DNA of 64,000 nt from Octopus bimaculoides (GCF_001194135.2 NC_068985.1:116377075-116441074); one strand, 5' to 3'; positions 51,389 to 63,602 are shown, numbered from the stretch's first letter. The notes: generated by a model not told the origin, from the letters alone. Translations and numbers: made by a program.

Positions 51389-52311
51389 AATACATACACG
51401 ATGTTTGTCAACCCATAAACAAATGAAACCATCGATGATAAAGCAATGCTTGTGCAATAGTTTAGGTCCCATGAGGTTTGCATTGCACCTCACATACCCT
51501 CTCTACCCTAGTGACTAGATCAGGAAACAAGCGGAAGCAAAATATCTAGTGCCAATATGGAACGTATATTCAGGAATTTGCGAGCGCCATGACCATGGGC
51601 TCGAGCAAACGATCCTCAAAATACTCTATGCCATTCCTGGCCCATTCGGTTTTATAACAGTTTGGCCTTCTACTAGAGGTAAGCCAGAAGAAAAGCTGAG
51701 TTGCACTTTACTCTCTGTACACCATATCTGAGTTTTTGAGTGCCCGTGTAATGGCTAGATAGTCGTTGAACCTGAACTAGGCTCGTTGGAAATACCGACA
51801 GGTCTTGTTTTTCGTCCACACGACACTGAACCAGATTGTATTAGATTGAATGATTCCAGTGGCACCCATGAGAGTCCTCACAAGAGGCCACATATATATA
51901 TTAATCAGACAACAGTCAAAAACTGATGTATGTATATGCATACAAGAAATACAGGAAGATACACACACAACGCCGTTTTACAAATGTTCTGCTGTATGAT
52001 AAATAAAAGATACATGAAGGGTGTTCAGAAATGCCTCTTCTAAATACCATACTATTTCCTATCAACTTTTATTAAGCGCAACTGGCGAGAAGAAATAAGT
52101 TATATATTTCATATGTTATTGGCGTTAATTCTTCGTTGGAAATCATACGTTTTCGACAAAACACCAAAAGAGTAAGTTCAGTGCCGATAAACATACTGAG
52201 ATCGATATATATTTAAGTAAACTGATCCAAGGTGGTGCTGCAGCCAAATCGCAGGAGCTAAGTGGCGGAAAACTTGATGGGAGAGAAGATTATATAAATA
52301 TAATTTTTATA

Positions 52312-52520
52312 CTGGTTTCAAATTTTGACACAAGGCCAACAGGTTTGAGGGAGCGGTTTGATTACAGGTTTGATTACATCAACCCCAGTATTCAAATGGT
52401 ACTTATTTTATCGATACCGAAAGGATAAAATGTAAAGTCGACCTCGGCGGCAATTGCATTTAGTACGTAAAGACGGACGAAACGTCACCCTGCATTGGGC
52501 GCGGCGTAACTTTGCATTTA
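52312..52520 (-). mobile_element. SINE family A
   Basis: GGTTTCAAATTTTGACACAAGGCC tail, GGTACTTATTTTATCGA, GTCGACCTCGGCGG. Confidence 0.8.
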
Positions 52521-52885
52521 ATTATATATTGAAACGGATATCAGTTATCATGTATGTGTGTATAAGCTCTTATGTACGAGTGTGCGCGCGCTTGTGTTGT
52601 GTGTTTGGCAATATGAACAAAATATTACCGAAATGAAGTAGTGAGAATTAATTAAACATCAGTCAAAAACTTCATCAAAGACTAATCCCAGCTAAAATGA
52701 AAGATTCGGCGGTTGAGAGATATTGTTTCTCTAACTTGCTTTATTAATCTAAACTTCCAGATATCAATAACTGTACTACAACTTCATATCCTACTAATGC
52801 TATTTCTACTGATAATAATAATCCTAATATTCTTCATGTGCCACCAGGTTCCAGCTTCTAGGAGAACCTACACACATATATCTGA

Positions 52886-52938
<53 letters not shown>

Positions 52939-53101
52939 TATATAAAGAGAGAGATTTATATGTTTGTATATGAATATATCTGTATATAAACGTGCACACG
53001 CGCAGACACACACTCACGCACACACACACATACACACAAGGGCACATATATAATACACGTTTCTAGTATTTTTATACATACACACACACACACACATACA
53101 C

Positions 53102-53157
<56 letters not shown>

Positions 53158-53424
53158 TTCTTCATTAAACCACGTCTCTCTCTCTCGCTATGTTATATAT
53201 GTGCGTGTCTGTGCGTGTGTGTGTGTGTGTGTGCTTGGATGGATGGATACATGCATGCATGTATGGATATGCACGTATCAATGTATATAATATCAAAGAA
53301 TGTTACTTTTTATATTACATTTATTCATTAGTTATGTAAGTTGCAACAATATGGCACATGTAAATTTTTCATGAATATATGTATGATCATATATATTAAT
53401 GATTTTGTAATATTTCTGCATATT

Positions 53425-53625
53425 AGGGCGTCGAACTGGTAGAATTGCTGACGCCCCGGATAAAATGCATAGCGCATTTCTTCCGACCTCATCAGTTCAA
53501 ATGCTGTCGGGGTCGACTTTGCTTATAATCCTGTCGCAATCGATAAAATAAATACCAGCTGAACACATGTAATCCATGTACTTCTTCTTCTAACATTGCT
53601 GGCTTTGAGCCAAAATATGAAAATG
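53425..53625 (+). mobile_element. SINE family A, degenerate
   Basis: GGCGTCGAACTGGTAGAATTG head, GGGGTCGACTTTGC, TCGATAAAATAAATACCAGCT. Confidence 0.7.
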
Positions 53626-53728
53626 ATATTGTAACATTTTGCATTCGATCATGCGTACCATATTACTAAGAATGAGTCTCGGATTTATCAATCAATCCAC
53701 TTTATCTGATGTGTGTGTGTGTGTGTGT

Positions 53729-53765
<37 letters not shown>

Positions 53766-54256
53766 TGGCTATGTGTTTGTTTGTGTGTACGCACGGATGT
53801 GTTTATGCGTGTATATGTGTGTGCGTGTGTGTGTATGTGTGTGTGTGAACATATATATTCATTCTGCAACAATCCCCCCAATACCATATACATGTCTGTT
53901 TGCTTGACGCCAGTACTGAGATATTGCTTGGTACAATCTCTTGATGTATTTTCTTCCAACATGTTTTAGGTTGGTTTCGATTCTCAACTGACTTGGCATC
54001 TCCCTTTACGCTTGCTAAGTAAAGAGATACTCGGTACATCATGCGTAAATATTAAGGTTATGCGAAGCAACTAGATACCGCAATTGCACTGCTCTTCATC
54101 AAAAGAACAAGGTTGCTTCCTTATTTATTCAGCACTGATTTCATTCACTCCAGAAAGAGTTAAATTTGATTTCAGTATTTAAAGAATGTAATTTGATATG
54201 TAATCTACGGTATTTCACCTTGGTCATATTTTTGCCAATCTCGATCCTACTGTTTC

Positions 54257-54876
54257 ATATTTCTTTATTGCCCACAAGAGGCTAAAGTATAGAGGGGACA
54301 AACAAGGACAGACAAAGGGGTTAAGTCGATTACATCAACCCCAGTGCATAACTGGTGCTAATTTTATCGAGCCCTACGGAATGAAGAGCAAAGTTGATCT
54401 CGGCAGAGTTTAAATTTATAACGTAAAGACGGGTGAAATACCGTTAAGCATTTTGAACGTTGTGCTAACGGTTCTGCCAGCTCACCGCATTCATAATGGT
54501 GGCCAGTCGATTAGATCGACCCCAGTATGCAACTGGTACTAAATTTATCGACCCGGCAAGGATGAAAGGCAAAGTTGACTTCAGTGAAATTAGAACTCAG
54601 ACGAAATACCGCTAAGCATTTCGCCCGGCGTGCTAATGTTTATTTCTTAATTGTCCAAATGGGGCTAAACATAGAGAGGAGAGACAAGGACAGACAAAGA
54701 GGTTAAGTCGATTACATCGACACCAGTGCGTAACTGGTACTTAATTTATCGACCCCGAAAGAATGAAAGGCAAAGTTGACCTCGGTGGAAATGGAACTCA
54801 GAACGTAGCGGCAGACGAAATACCGCTAAGCATTTCGCCCGGCGTGCTAACGTTTCTGCCAGCTCTCGACCTCACG
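54257..54876 (-). mobile_element. SINE family A head-to-tail trimer flanked by a 17-bp TSD
   Basis: CTCGATCCTACTGTTTC (54240-54256) and CTCGATCCTATTGTTTC (54877-54893). Confidence 0.85.
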
Positions 54877-55847
54877 CTCGATCCTATTGTTTCTGCCAAG
54901 ACCACGCCCCGTAATGATGGTTAAGAATTAAGCAGCTTCAAATTATTTGTGGGTCTTACTCCATGTGATAAAGCTACGCAAAGAATGCAAAAACGATTAA
55001 AACAGAAAAAATAATAACTGAGGTTTAAATGTTGATGCCAAAGATTTACAACTACACTAGGTCGTTGTTATAAAACCGAGGTAAGTTACGTGTTCCCCCT
55101 CCGTTATTCCACTATTCACCTGTGTCCGTTCACTGTGCGATGCACGAAATTTCGGTTCTTGGGAGCATTCTGTAAAATATTGTACATAGAGAGTTTTTCT
55201 TCGCTTGAAAGATACACTCTTTCACATTCTTTGTTCATAACCAAAGTGAATCGTACAAGTATAATGTTGTGGCTGTTTTTTATATTGTTCAAGTTCAACC
55301 AAAGGAAGTAAAATTAACCTTGCTTTCTCCCTGTGTTCATCATTGATAAGCACAAAACTATTTACAATCACAATACTGGTTCTTTGCTTACATTTGTGTG
55401 AATGGTATTAGCTAAAGCATTTTTTTTAGTTTTGTATTCGTGCGTGAAGCGACAAATAGACATGCCCTTTTCTTTATTTTTTTTTTACAACGAAGTAAAA
55501 AAAATCTTCTCACAACTATCAGTTACATATTTCCCTTTTGCCAAAACAGGTAAAAGAACATTCTACAGTACTTCACAAGTGTAAGAACACCATGTTGCAC
55601 ACAGCGCAGGCGCTCGGAGGTTTACGACGTGATGCTGTTGAAAATCATATGAAAATATCGACGGAAAAAGAAAGCAAATAGCACTGTGTAACAAAAGTGC
55701 TATTTTCTATTTGCTTCTGTCTAGAAATCAAACGGAATGACTTCTATTCCAATCAAACTTTATTTTTGTGATCTAGTCGACGATGTTTTGAAACTGGCCT
55801 ATTATCAATTACATTTCAGACAGATTCACTGTTGAGTTGCTGAAGCA

Positions 55848-55925
55848 AAATTTTCTAGAATTTTCAATAAGTCTATTGAAGTTTCGATAAGTTTCTATGT
55901 CAAGGTTTTCTAGAACATTCTAGCA
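55848..55925. promoter_or_regulatory. Candidate heat-shock element (HSF-binding nGAAn) array
   Basis: TTCtaGAAttTTC (55853-55865), GAAgtTTCgatAAgtTTC (55878-55895), TTCtaGAAcaTTC (55908-55920), all on a 5-bp phase. Confidence 0.5.
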
Positions 55926-56859
55926 GCATAGATTTAACACATTACCTCCCATAATTCTATTAACTGGAATTTTTTTAATGTAACTTTGATTTCTAGCATA
56001 AAACAGCCTTAGAAAGGCGCTGGAATGATCAAAATAACATTTTAAATAGAAATAAGTGAGGTATTGGGTGATTTCATATGAGATCACTGGTAGGTAATGG
56101 GTTAAGTATAAATACGGGAATCGTAGGCCTAAAACTGTAGTTTACTTCTAGCTGTCCAAGTGGAGACAATTTAGAGCAGAGCAAACTTTGACGGTAATAC
56201 TTGCCATTTTTCATACTTTCTTGGGGTAAGCAAATAGGAAATACACAGCGTAATGATTTTTAATATTGGTACACGATTACCATTCTGCGATCTAGGTCGA
56301 GTGGATTATATTAATTCCATTACAATACTGTCTCATATTAATCTAGGGTGGATCGATCAAGAGACAACTACCCATCTACATTTAAAATGAAACCGTGAAG
56401 CGACTTCATCACAATACACTTTGTACTTTACCATTCGGACTGCATTTTCTGAGAGTTCAACGACTTTTATTAATAATAATGATTTCCAAAGAGTGATGAA
56501 TTGATAATATATCAGGTTGCACAAATAGAAATTAATTACCAATTTACTATCAGACTGATTGGTTAATAAGCGTTTACATAGATATAAGTGGGCGTGTGTA
56601 TGTGTGCATGACCATGTATGCGTATATGTGTGTGCATGTGTGTGTGTATACTTCCATATATATGTGTGTATAAATATTGCGTAAAATATATGTGTATATG
56701 GTTATATAACCATATACATGTATATGTATCTATATGTGTGTGTATGTGTGTATCGATGCATTTACCTATGTAAATAAATCTACATTTATTTATGCATTTA
56801 TATCTATGATTGTTTACAGGAATGCATTAAAGCGTCTATATACATTAACTGATATATAT

Positions 56860-57303
56860 TATATTAGAGAAAAAATTAAAAACCAAACGAGAACGAGAAT
56901 CTCAAGTCATTTGGAATAATTTAATTAGATTAAGGTGAATTTGAAGTCTTACAGCCGTTTCTGAGATAACCTAAGTAGTTGGTTAACATATACATGTACT
57001 GGGTATTCCGTCATCAGAAACATGGTAGAAATATATTACACAGAGAAAATTTACAGTTTACAAGGAATAAAATTCACAGTATACTGAAAATTATTCCTTT
57101 TAAACTGTAAACTTTCCCTGTCTAAAATACTCATACGTTGTCTCTGATGACGGAAAGCTCATTGTCTGAACATGTTAACCTACCACTTAGGTTATCTCAG
57201 AAACCGCTGAAAGCCTTCAAATTAATATTCCCTAATTAAATTATTCTCAATGACTTGCGACACTCGTTCTGCTTTGATTTATGATATTTCCTCTACTATA
57301 ATA
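56860..57303. mobile_element. Fold-back element of about 440 bp with a hammerhead-like motif in each arm
   Basis: Loop-less centre CAGTATACTG (57077-57086); arms pair throughout; CTGATGA at 57144-57150 (+) and 57011-57017 (-). Confidence 0.8.
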
Positions 57304-57473
57304 TACACCTGATATAACGAAACCCTAATACAGATCCCTAGATCCGGTCTTAGATGTGATCTTCGAACCTAACGGTCGACCAAGTTTAGAAGTTATTGAC
57401 TGTATACCTATTCGTTTAGATCACAAGTGAACTAAACCCAACCAATTCTTTACTGATATATATATTTATGTGG

Positions 57474-57779
57474 TGCAAACGTGACTGAGTGGTAAGAAAT
57501 TTGCTTCTCAACCACATGGTTCCGGGTTTAGTTCCACTGCGTGGTTGCTTGAACCGATGTCTTCTACTATAGCCCAAATCTGACTACAGCCATAGGAGTG
57601 GATTTGGTTGAAGGAAACTGAATGAAGCCCATTGTACTAATATATACATGCGTATATATAAATATATATATATGGGAGAATATACAAAAAATAACAACAG
57701 ACGAGGACAGGTGGTGTAAATAACAAAAGTATATATTAGTATGACGCTCGGGAATACGGAAAGTCTTTGACGTTATATA

Positions 57780-57817
<38 letters not shown>

Positions 57818-58055
57818 TGTATGTGTGTGTGTGTGTGTGTGTCTTCGCACGTACGCGTTTTCGTGTTTTTTTACGCCACAACATGACAGCCAATGTTGGT
57901 TTGTTTACGCCCCCGTCATCTAGTACCTTCGCAAAAAATGACCAATAGAATAAGTACCAGGTGTAAAAAAACGACTAGTACTAGAGTCCATTTCTTCGAC
58001 TATACTCATCAATGCAATGCAAGAATATGGCCGCTTTCTAATGATTGACACCTAA
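57474..58055 (+). mobile_element. SINE family B, long form; its internal microsatellite is interrupted by a PLE terminal fragment
   Basis: Head GTGACTGAGTGGTAAGAA..CCACATGGTTCCGGGTTTAGTTCCACTGCGTGG; 3' part GACCAATAGAATAAGTACCAGG. Confidence 0.75.
57674..57774 (-). mobile_element. Solo 3'-terminal (pseudo-LTR) fragment of the PLE family at 59567-63005
   Basis: Revcomp AACGTCAAAGACTTTCCGTATTCCCGAGCGTCATACTAATA..CACCACCTGTCCTCGTC aligns with 62924-63005. Confidence 0.8.
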
Positions 58056-58388
58056 GTACGTGTTTATCAATTTATACATTTATATCTATTTATATATTAT
58101 CTATAAACATATATCTATCTATGTAATTATGTTTGTATATAAACTTATGTATATGTATGTATGCACATACGTATATTATGTACGTATGTATTAACTTAAA
58201 CAACATGTGAATAAATTTATATATATAAATGTATTTATATATATNNNNNNNNNNNNNNNNNNNNNNNNNNNNNNNNNNNNNNNNNNNNNNNNNNNNNNNN
58301 NNNNNNNNNNNNNNNNNNNNNNNNNNNNNNNNNNNNNNNNNNNNNNNNNNNNNNNNNNNNNNNNNNNNNNNNNNNNNNNNNNNNNNNN

Positions 58389-58421
<33 letters not shown>

Positions 58422-58977
58422 ATGTACATATATGTACATATACATGGTTTATATGTTTCTGAATACGCTGCTTCTGATACAAAATAAATATAAAGCAAAT
58501 ACAAATTAATAAAGAGTAAGACATTCCTACACTTTAGATAATATGAGCGTAACAAGAAAAAAAGTTGAACCAAAGATTAATTAAAACTAATTGGAAGGAG
58601 GATTAAAAACACATGAAAAATCTAGTCGTTTTCTGCAATAAATTAATTTACACTATATCACCAGTGATTTAGAAATAATTACAAAGCATCTCTTTCTCTG
58701 TCGCTCACACACACATACACACACACCACACACGCTCTGAAAAACAGTGGCGCGCGCACGCGTACATATACAGATCTGACTTCATTCTCAATGAGAATGG
58801 TTGACAAATATAAACAAAAAACAAGCATTAAATAAAAATAAATTTATTTTGAATTGAAAGAAAATACAAATTTTCTGCCAGGAAAATAACAGATATCAAG
58901 AACGATTACTATTGCTGCTGCTACTGCTACTGCTACACTAATGCTAATGCGACTATTACTATTGACAGTAATAATAA

Positions 58978-59566
58978 TAATGGCTTCAAATTATGTCATA
59001 AGGCCAGGAGTATCGAGGAAAATTGATAGGTCGATTACATCGACCGTAACACTCAACTGGTGCTAATTTTATCGAGCCCTAAGGAAGGACGAGCAAAGTT
59101 GACCTCGGCGGAGTTTAAATTCAGAGCGTAAAGACGAGTGAAATATCGTTTAGCATTTTGACCGTTGCGCTAACGGTCCTGCCAGCTCGCCGCCTTCATA
59201 ATGATAATGATCCTTTCTGCTATAGGCACACAGCATGGAATTTTGGGGAAGCGGGCCAGTCGATTAGATCGACTCCAGTATGAAACTGGTACTTAATTTA
59301 TCGACCCGGCAAGGATTAAAGGCAAAGTTCACTTCAGTGAAATTTGAACTCAGACGAAATACCGCTAAGCATTTCGCCCGGCGTGCTGTTTCTTATTTCT
59401 TTATTGCCCAGATGGGGCTAAACATAGAGCGGACAAACAAGGACAGACAAAGGGGTTAATTCGATTACATCGACCCCAGTGTGTAACTGGTACTTAATTT
59501 ATCGACCCCGAAAGGATGAAAAGCAAAGTCGACCTCGGCGGAATTTGAACTCAGAACCTAACGGCA
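58978..59566 (-). mobile_element. SINE family A head-to-tail trimer, cut at 59566 by the PLE sequence
   Basis: Same unit order and diagnostic variants as 54257-54876; ends abruptly at GAACTCAGAACCTAACGGCA. Confidence 0.85.
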
Positions 59567-60370
59567 CCCCACTCTACACTCTGCTACAACCATCCCACGC
59601 AGACTCCGTACAACATCCTACTGCCTCATGCGCGCCACCATTCGTTCTAATCTCTTCAAAATACACACCATCNNNNNNNNNNNNNNNNNNNNNNNNNNNN
59701 NNNNNNNNNNNNNNNNNNNNNNNNNNNNNNNNNNNNNNNNNNNNNNNNNNNNNNNNNNNNNNNNNNNNNNNNNNNNNNNNNNNNNNNNNNNNNNNNNNNN
59801 NNNNNNNNNNNNNNNNNNNNNNNNNNNNNNNNNNNNNNNNNNNNNNNNNNNNNNNNNNNNNNNNNNNNNNNNNNNNNNNNNNNNNNNNNNNNNNNNNNNN
59901 NNNNNNNNNNNNNNNNNNNNNNNNNNNNNNNNNNNNNNNNNNNNNNNNNNNNNNNNNNNNNNNNNNNNNNNNNNNNNNNNNNNNNNNNNNNNNNNNNNNN
60001 NNNNNNNNNNNNNNNNNNNNNNNNNNNNNNNNNNNNNNNNNNNNNNNNNNNNNNNNNNNNNNNNNNNNNNNNNNNNNNNNNNNNNNNNNNNNNNNNNNNN
60101 NNNNNNNNNNNNNNNNNNNNNNNNNNNNNNNNNNNNNNNNNNNNNNNNNNNNNNNNNNNNNNNNNNNNNNNNNNNNNNNNNNNNNNNNNNNNNNNNNNNN
60201 NNNNNNNNNNNNNNNNNNNNNNNNNNNNNNNNNNNNNNNNNNNNNNNNNNNNNNNNNNNNNNNNNNNNNNNNNNNNNNNNNNNNNNNNNNNNNNNNNNNN
60301 NNNNNNNNNNNNNNNNNNNNNNNNNNNNNNNNNNNNNNNNNNNNNNNNNNNNNNNNNNNNNNNNNNNNNN

Positions 60371-62219
60371 TTAATTTTTCCAGGCGTCCCCGTCATCCGA
60401 ACATCTCTTCAGCCGAACTCTCTGCCCCTCGATGTCTCCGACGCCGCACTGACATCATCAGAAAACCGGCCGACTATGATGGCACCGTGATGGTGTTGTG
60501 CGCTGACCTCTACAAGGCAGAAACTCTCCCCAGCTTCAAAACACCTACTTCCCTCTGCCCTCTGACCCCACGCCCAGCTACCAACAGACTGTGTCCTCCA
60601 CTATCCATGACCTCATCTCCTCATCACGACTCTCCCCACACCGCCTCCAACCTCATTGTCCACACCCCTCGCACCCCCACAATTTCCTTCCTCCCCAAAA
60701 TACACAAACCTAACAACCATGGCCGCCCCATCGTCTCCCTTGAACTCATCTCTAGATATCTTGACTGTGTCCTTGTTCCCCTAGTTGCTTCCCTCCCCTC
60801 TCACATCCATAACTCCAACCATGCGCTTCTCCTCCACTCCAAGTCCCTCTAAGCTTCTGTTCATTCTCGACATCCAGAGACTTTACACGGTGATCCCTCA
60901 CCACGAGAGCTGCGTGCACTCCAACAATTATTTGACCTTCGATCCAAACCCCAACCCGACACATCCAAACTCATTCGTCTGGCCGAACTTGTCATCTAAC
61001 TCAACTGCTCCTCGTTTGCTGGTGATTTTTACCAGCATCGATCGGGAGTGGCCATGGGAACGAGAATAGGCGTCAACTATGCGAACCAATTCGTTGGCTA
61101 CGTTGAGGCCGAAATATTCTCAAGTTTCACTGGTCCCACTCCCGAACTATTCGGCTGTTATATTGACGACTGTATCGGTGCAACCTCACTCTCCCTCTAA
61201 CATCTAGACTCCTTCCTCTCTTTTGCCAAATCTTTCTATCCTGCCCTCCACCTCTCCAGTATTATCTCTGACACCTCAGTCTCCTTTCTTGACATTTCGG
61301 TGAGCATTCATCACTCCACTCTCACTATCTCCATCCACTACAAAACATATAGACTCAACTTCTCCTCTTCCCACCCTAAACACATCAAGCTTTCCATCCC
61401 CTATTCCCAATTCCTCCGTCTACGCAGGTTCTGTTGTGACGACCATGATTTTGAGACTCAGTCTCAACTCATGGCTCGCCACTTCATCATACGTGGACAT
61501 ACCCTCACCACTATCCACATTGCCCTTGCAAGAGCACGTTCGGTGGACCGTGCATCTGCTCTCTCCCCCGCACCCACCCGCAATTTCCTGTCTCCCGTTT
61601 CCCCCTCAGCTACCATTCCACCACCCTACCTCTCCAACGCACCATTGTCCGAGCCTTCCGGCGTATCCAGTCCGACTCCTCCATTTCGCACATTTTCCCT
61701 ATGCGACCCCTCTCTTCCTTCAAACGAGCCCACCAACCTACGAGACCCCTTGGTTCACAGTTTCTTCCCTAACCAAACCGCCTAACCCGGCTCGTTCCCC
61801 TGTTCCCACACACGTTGCCGCACTTGCCCTTACCCTTCCAACACCAACTTCTGCACCGGGATCATCGACCATATCATCGACCTTATCATATCACCGTCTC
61901 CTTCACCTGTACTTCTACCAATGTCATCTACTGCATTTCCTGCTCTCTCTCTCTCTGCCCTTCTCTATACACTGGGCAAACGGGCCGCCGCTTGGCTGAC
62001 CTGTTCGAGAAACACCTCCAAGACATCCGACTCGGCAATGACACCTCGGTCTCGCGCCATTTCCGCTCTACCAATCACTCTTTGCAACGCCTCTCTGTGT
62101 TCGTATTGTCCTTGCACAGGGGACATCCGGACTTCCGTTTTCGCCGTGAACAGAGATTAATCTTCTCTCTTTGCTCCTTAGCGCTACCTGGGCTCAATCC
62201 TCCTCTCCTTTTCCTCTAA
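60371..62219 (+). pseudogene. PLE reverse transcriptase and GIY-YIG endonuclease, frameshifted
   Basis: IRKPADYDG (cf. KPADKG), FLPKIHKPNNHGRPIVS, LDIQRLYTVIPH, GVAMGTRIGVNYAN, YIDD at 61159-61170, SFLDISV, SSSHPKHIKLSIPYSQFLRLRR, linker CSHTRCRTCP, NVIYCISC..CPSLYTGQTGRRLADLFEKH..VSRHF. Confidence 0.92.
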
Positions 62220-62897
62220 CGCTCCTCCGCTCTCCTGTCTCTCTGTCACACCTACTTCCTCCGACCCACCTCTCCTCTCTTGCTACGACTCCAACGTCTC
62301 TTCCCTCCTACTCTCCTTTTCTCTGCTCTTCACTCCTATCCACCCTCTCCTTTCATCATCACCCCTCCCTCGTAATCCCACCCCTACACAATCCAACCCA
62401 CCTTCCCTATCCATCCCATTCCAACCTTTACACCCACTCCCACATATCCCAACTCAACCCACCACCCTCAGCCTTACCCGCACTCCACACTCGCTTTTCT
62501 CACTCTCCTCTCCCCACACCCCAACACCACCACACTATACACCACCATACCACAGTATGCACCACCATGCTACACTATACACCACCATACCACACAACAC
62601 CACATCGCATCACACCACCATGCACACACTAGCATTGACCACTTCCCAGTCCCCCGCCATCATCCACATACTCACACATACACATACGCACACGTCAACG
62701 TCACCAGCCTTCTTCCACACGCGTATACATGCTCTCTTATACACACACACGCTTACCTTCGTTTAGGGATCACCACTATTTTATTATCTCGCCTTCTTCC
62801 TAGCGCTCCTATGTGACTCCTCTGTCCGGTATTCGCCATGGTAGATCGCTAGCCATTACACATTCTTTATTTTCTTTCCTTGTTTATTTCTGTGTTC

Positions 62898-62933
62898 CTT
62901 TCTGTGGAAGAGCGTAGGCTCGAAACGTTAAAG
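62898..62933 (+). ncRNA. Minimal type I hammerhead ribozyme with variant core
   Basis: Stem I CTTT/AAAG, core CTGTGGA (canonical CTGANGA), extra A, stem II GAGC-gtag-GCTC, GAAA, palindromic stem III ACGT, GTT cleavage triplet; sits where PLE pseudo-LTR hammerheads are expected. Confidence 0.7.
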
Positions 62934-63553
62934 ACTTTTTCACTTCCCAAGCGTTAAGCTAATACATCTGTTTGTTGTCTACATCCACTGTCTTCGTATT
63001 TTGTTTGTATGTATGTATCTATTTATGCACGCTATTAGCGTATATGTATGTATGTTTGGATAGATGGATATATTTATGTAAATATTCAAGCATGTATTGA
63101 AATTTCCGTAAATATGGAATAAACATAAGTGCCAATCCTAAGTGGATTCAAAATGTTGTATAATATGATTATAAATGCTACGACTCTACGACTATTTCAA
63201 CACTTCAATGGGATGGTGATAACCTTTATTCTCCTGCATTTAAAAGGATCGTTCAGGCACCTTGAAGCTTACGTGGGTGTTGAAATTCGTTTAGAGCCCT
63301 TACCAGTTGAATCTGCTTTACGGTCCATTTGAAGGTCTCATGATAACAATATTATCATGCTGTTTAACTTGTGAAAACTTTAGAAGCATCTATAACCACC
63401 TCTTACACAGAAGCGACTACGGAAAGTGCACGTGCACCTGCACGCACCTGGATATACGACACTACAATTGAGTGTGCACACGTATGTGTGTGTGTGTATC
63501 TGTGATCATGTGCATCCATGTGTATGTGTGTGCGTGAGCGTGTGTGTATGTTT

Positions 63554-63602
<49 letters not shown>

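Larger units (their letters stand above)
59567..63005 (+). mobile_element. Penelope-like retroelement (Neptune-like), decayed, with 3' pseudo-LTR
   Basis: RT plus GIY-YIG coding remnants, C-rich 3' UTR, terminal region with hammerhead motif; gap 59673-60370; 5' boundary inferred from the SINE junction. Confidence 0.88.

Noticed and set aside
55061-55086. 20-nt micro-exon TAG/GTCGTTGTTATAAAACCGAG/GTAAGT
   Set aside because: Good donor but no polypyrimidine tract at the acceptor and no recognisable peptide; needs RNA evidence
62171-62766. Pro/His/Thr-rich ORFs after the PLE endonuclease
   Set aside because: Consequence of the G-poor low-complexity UTR lacking stop codons
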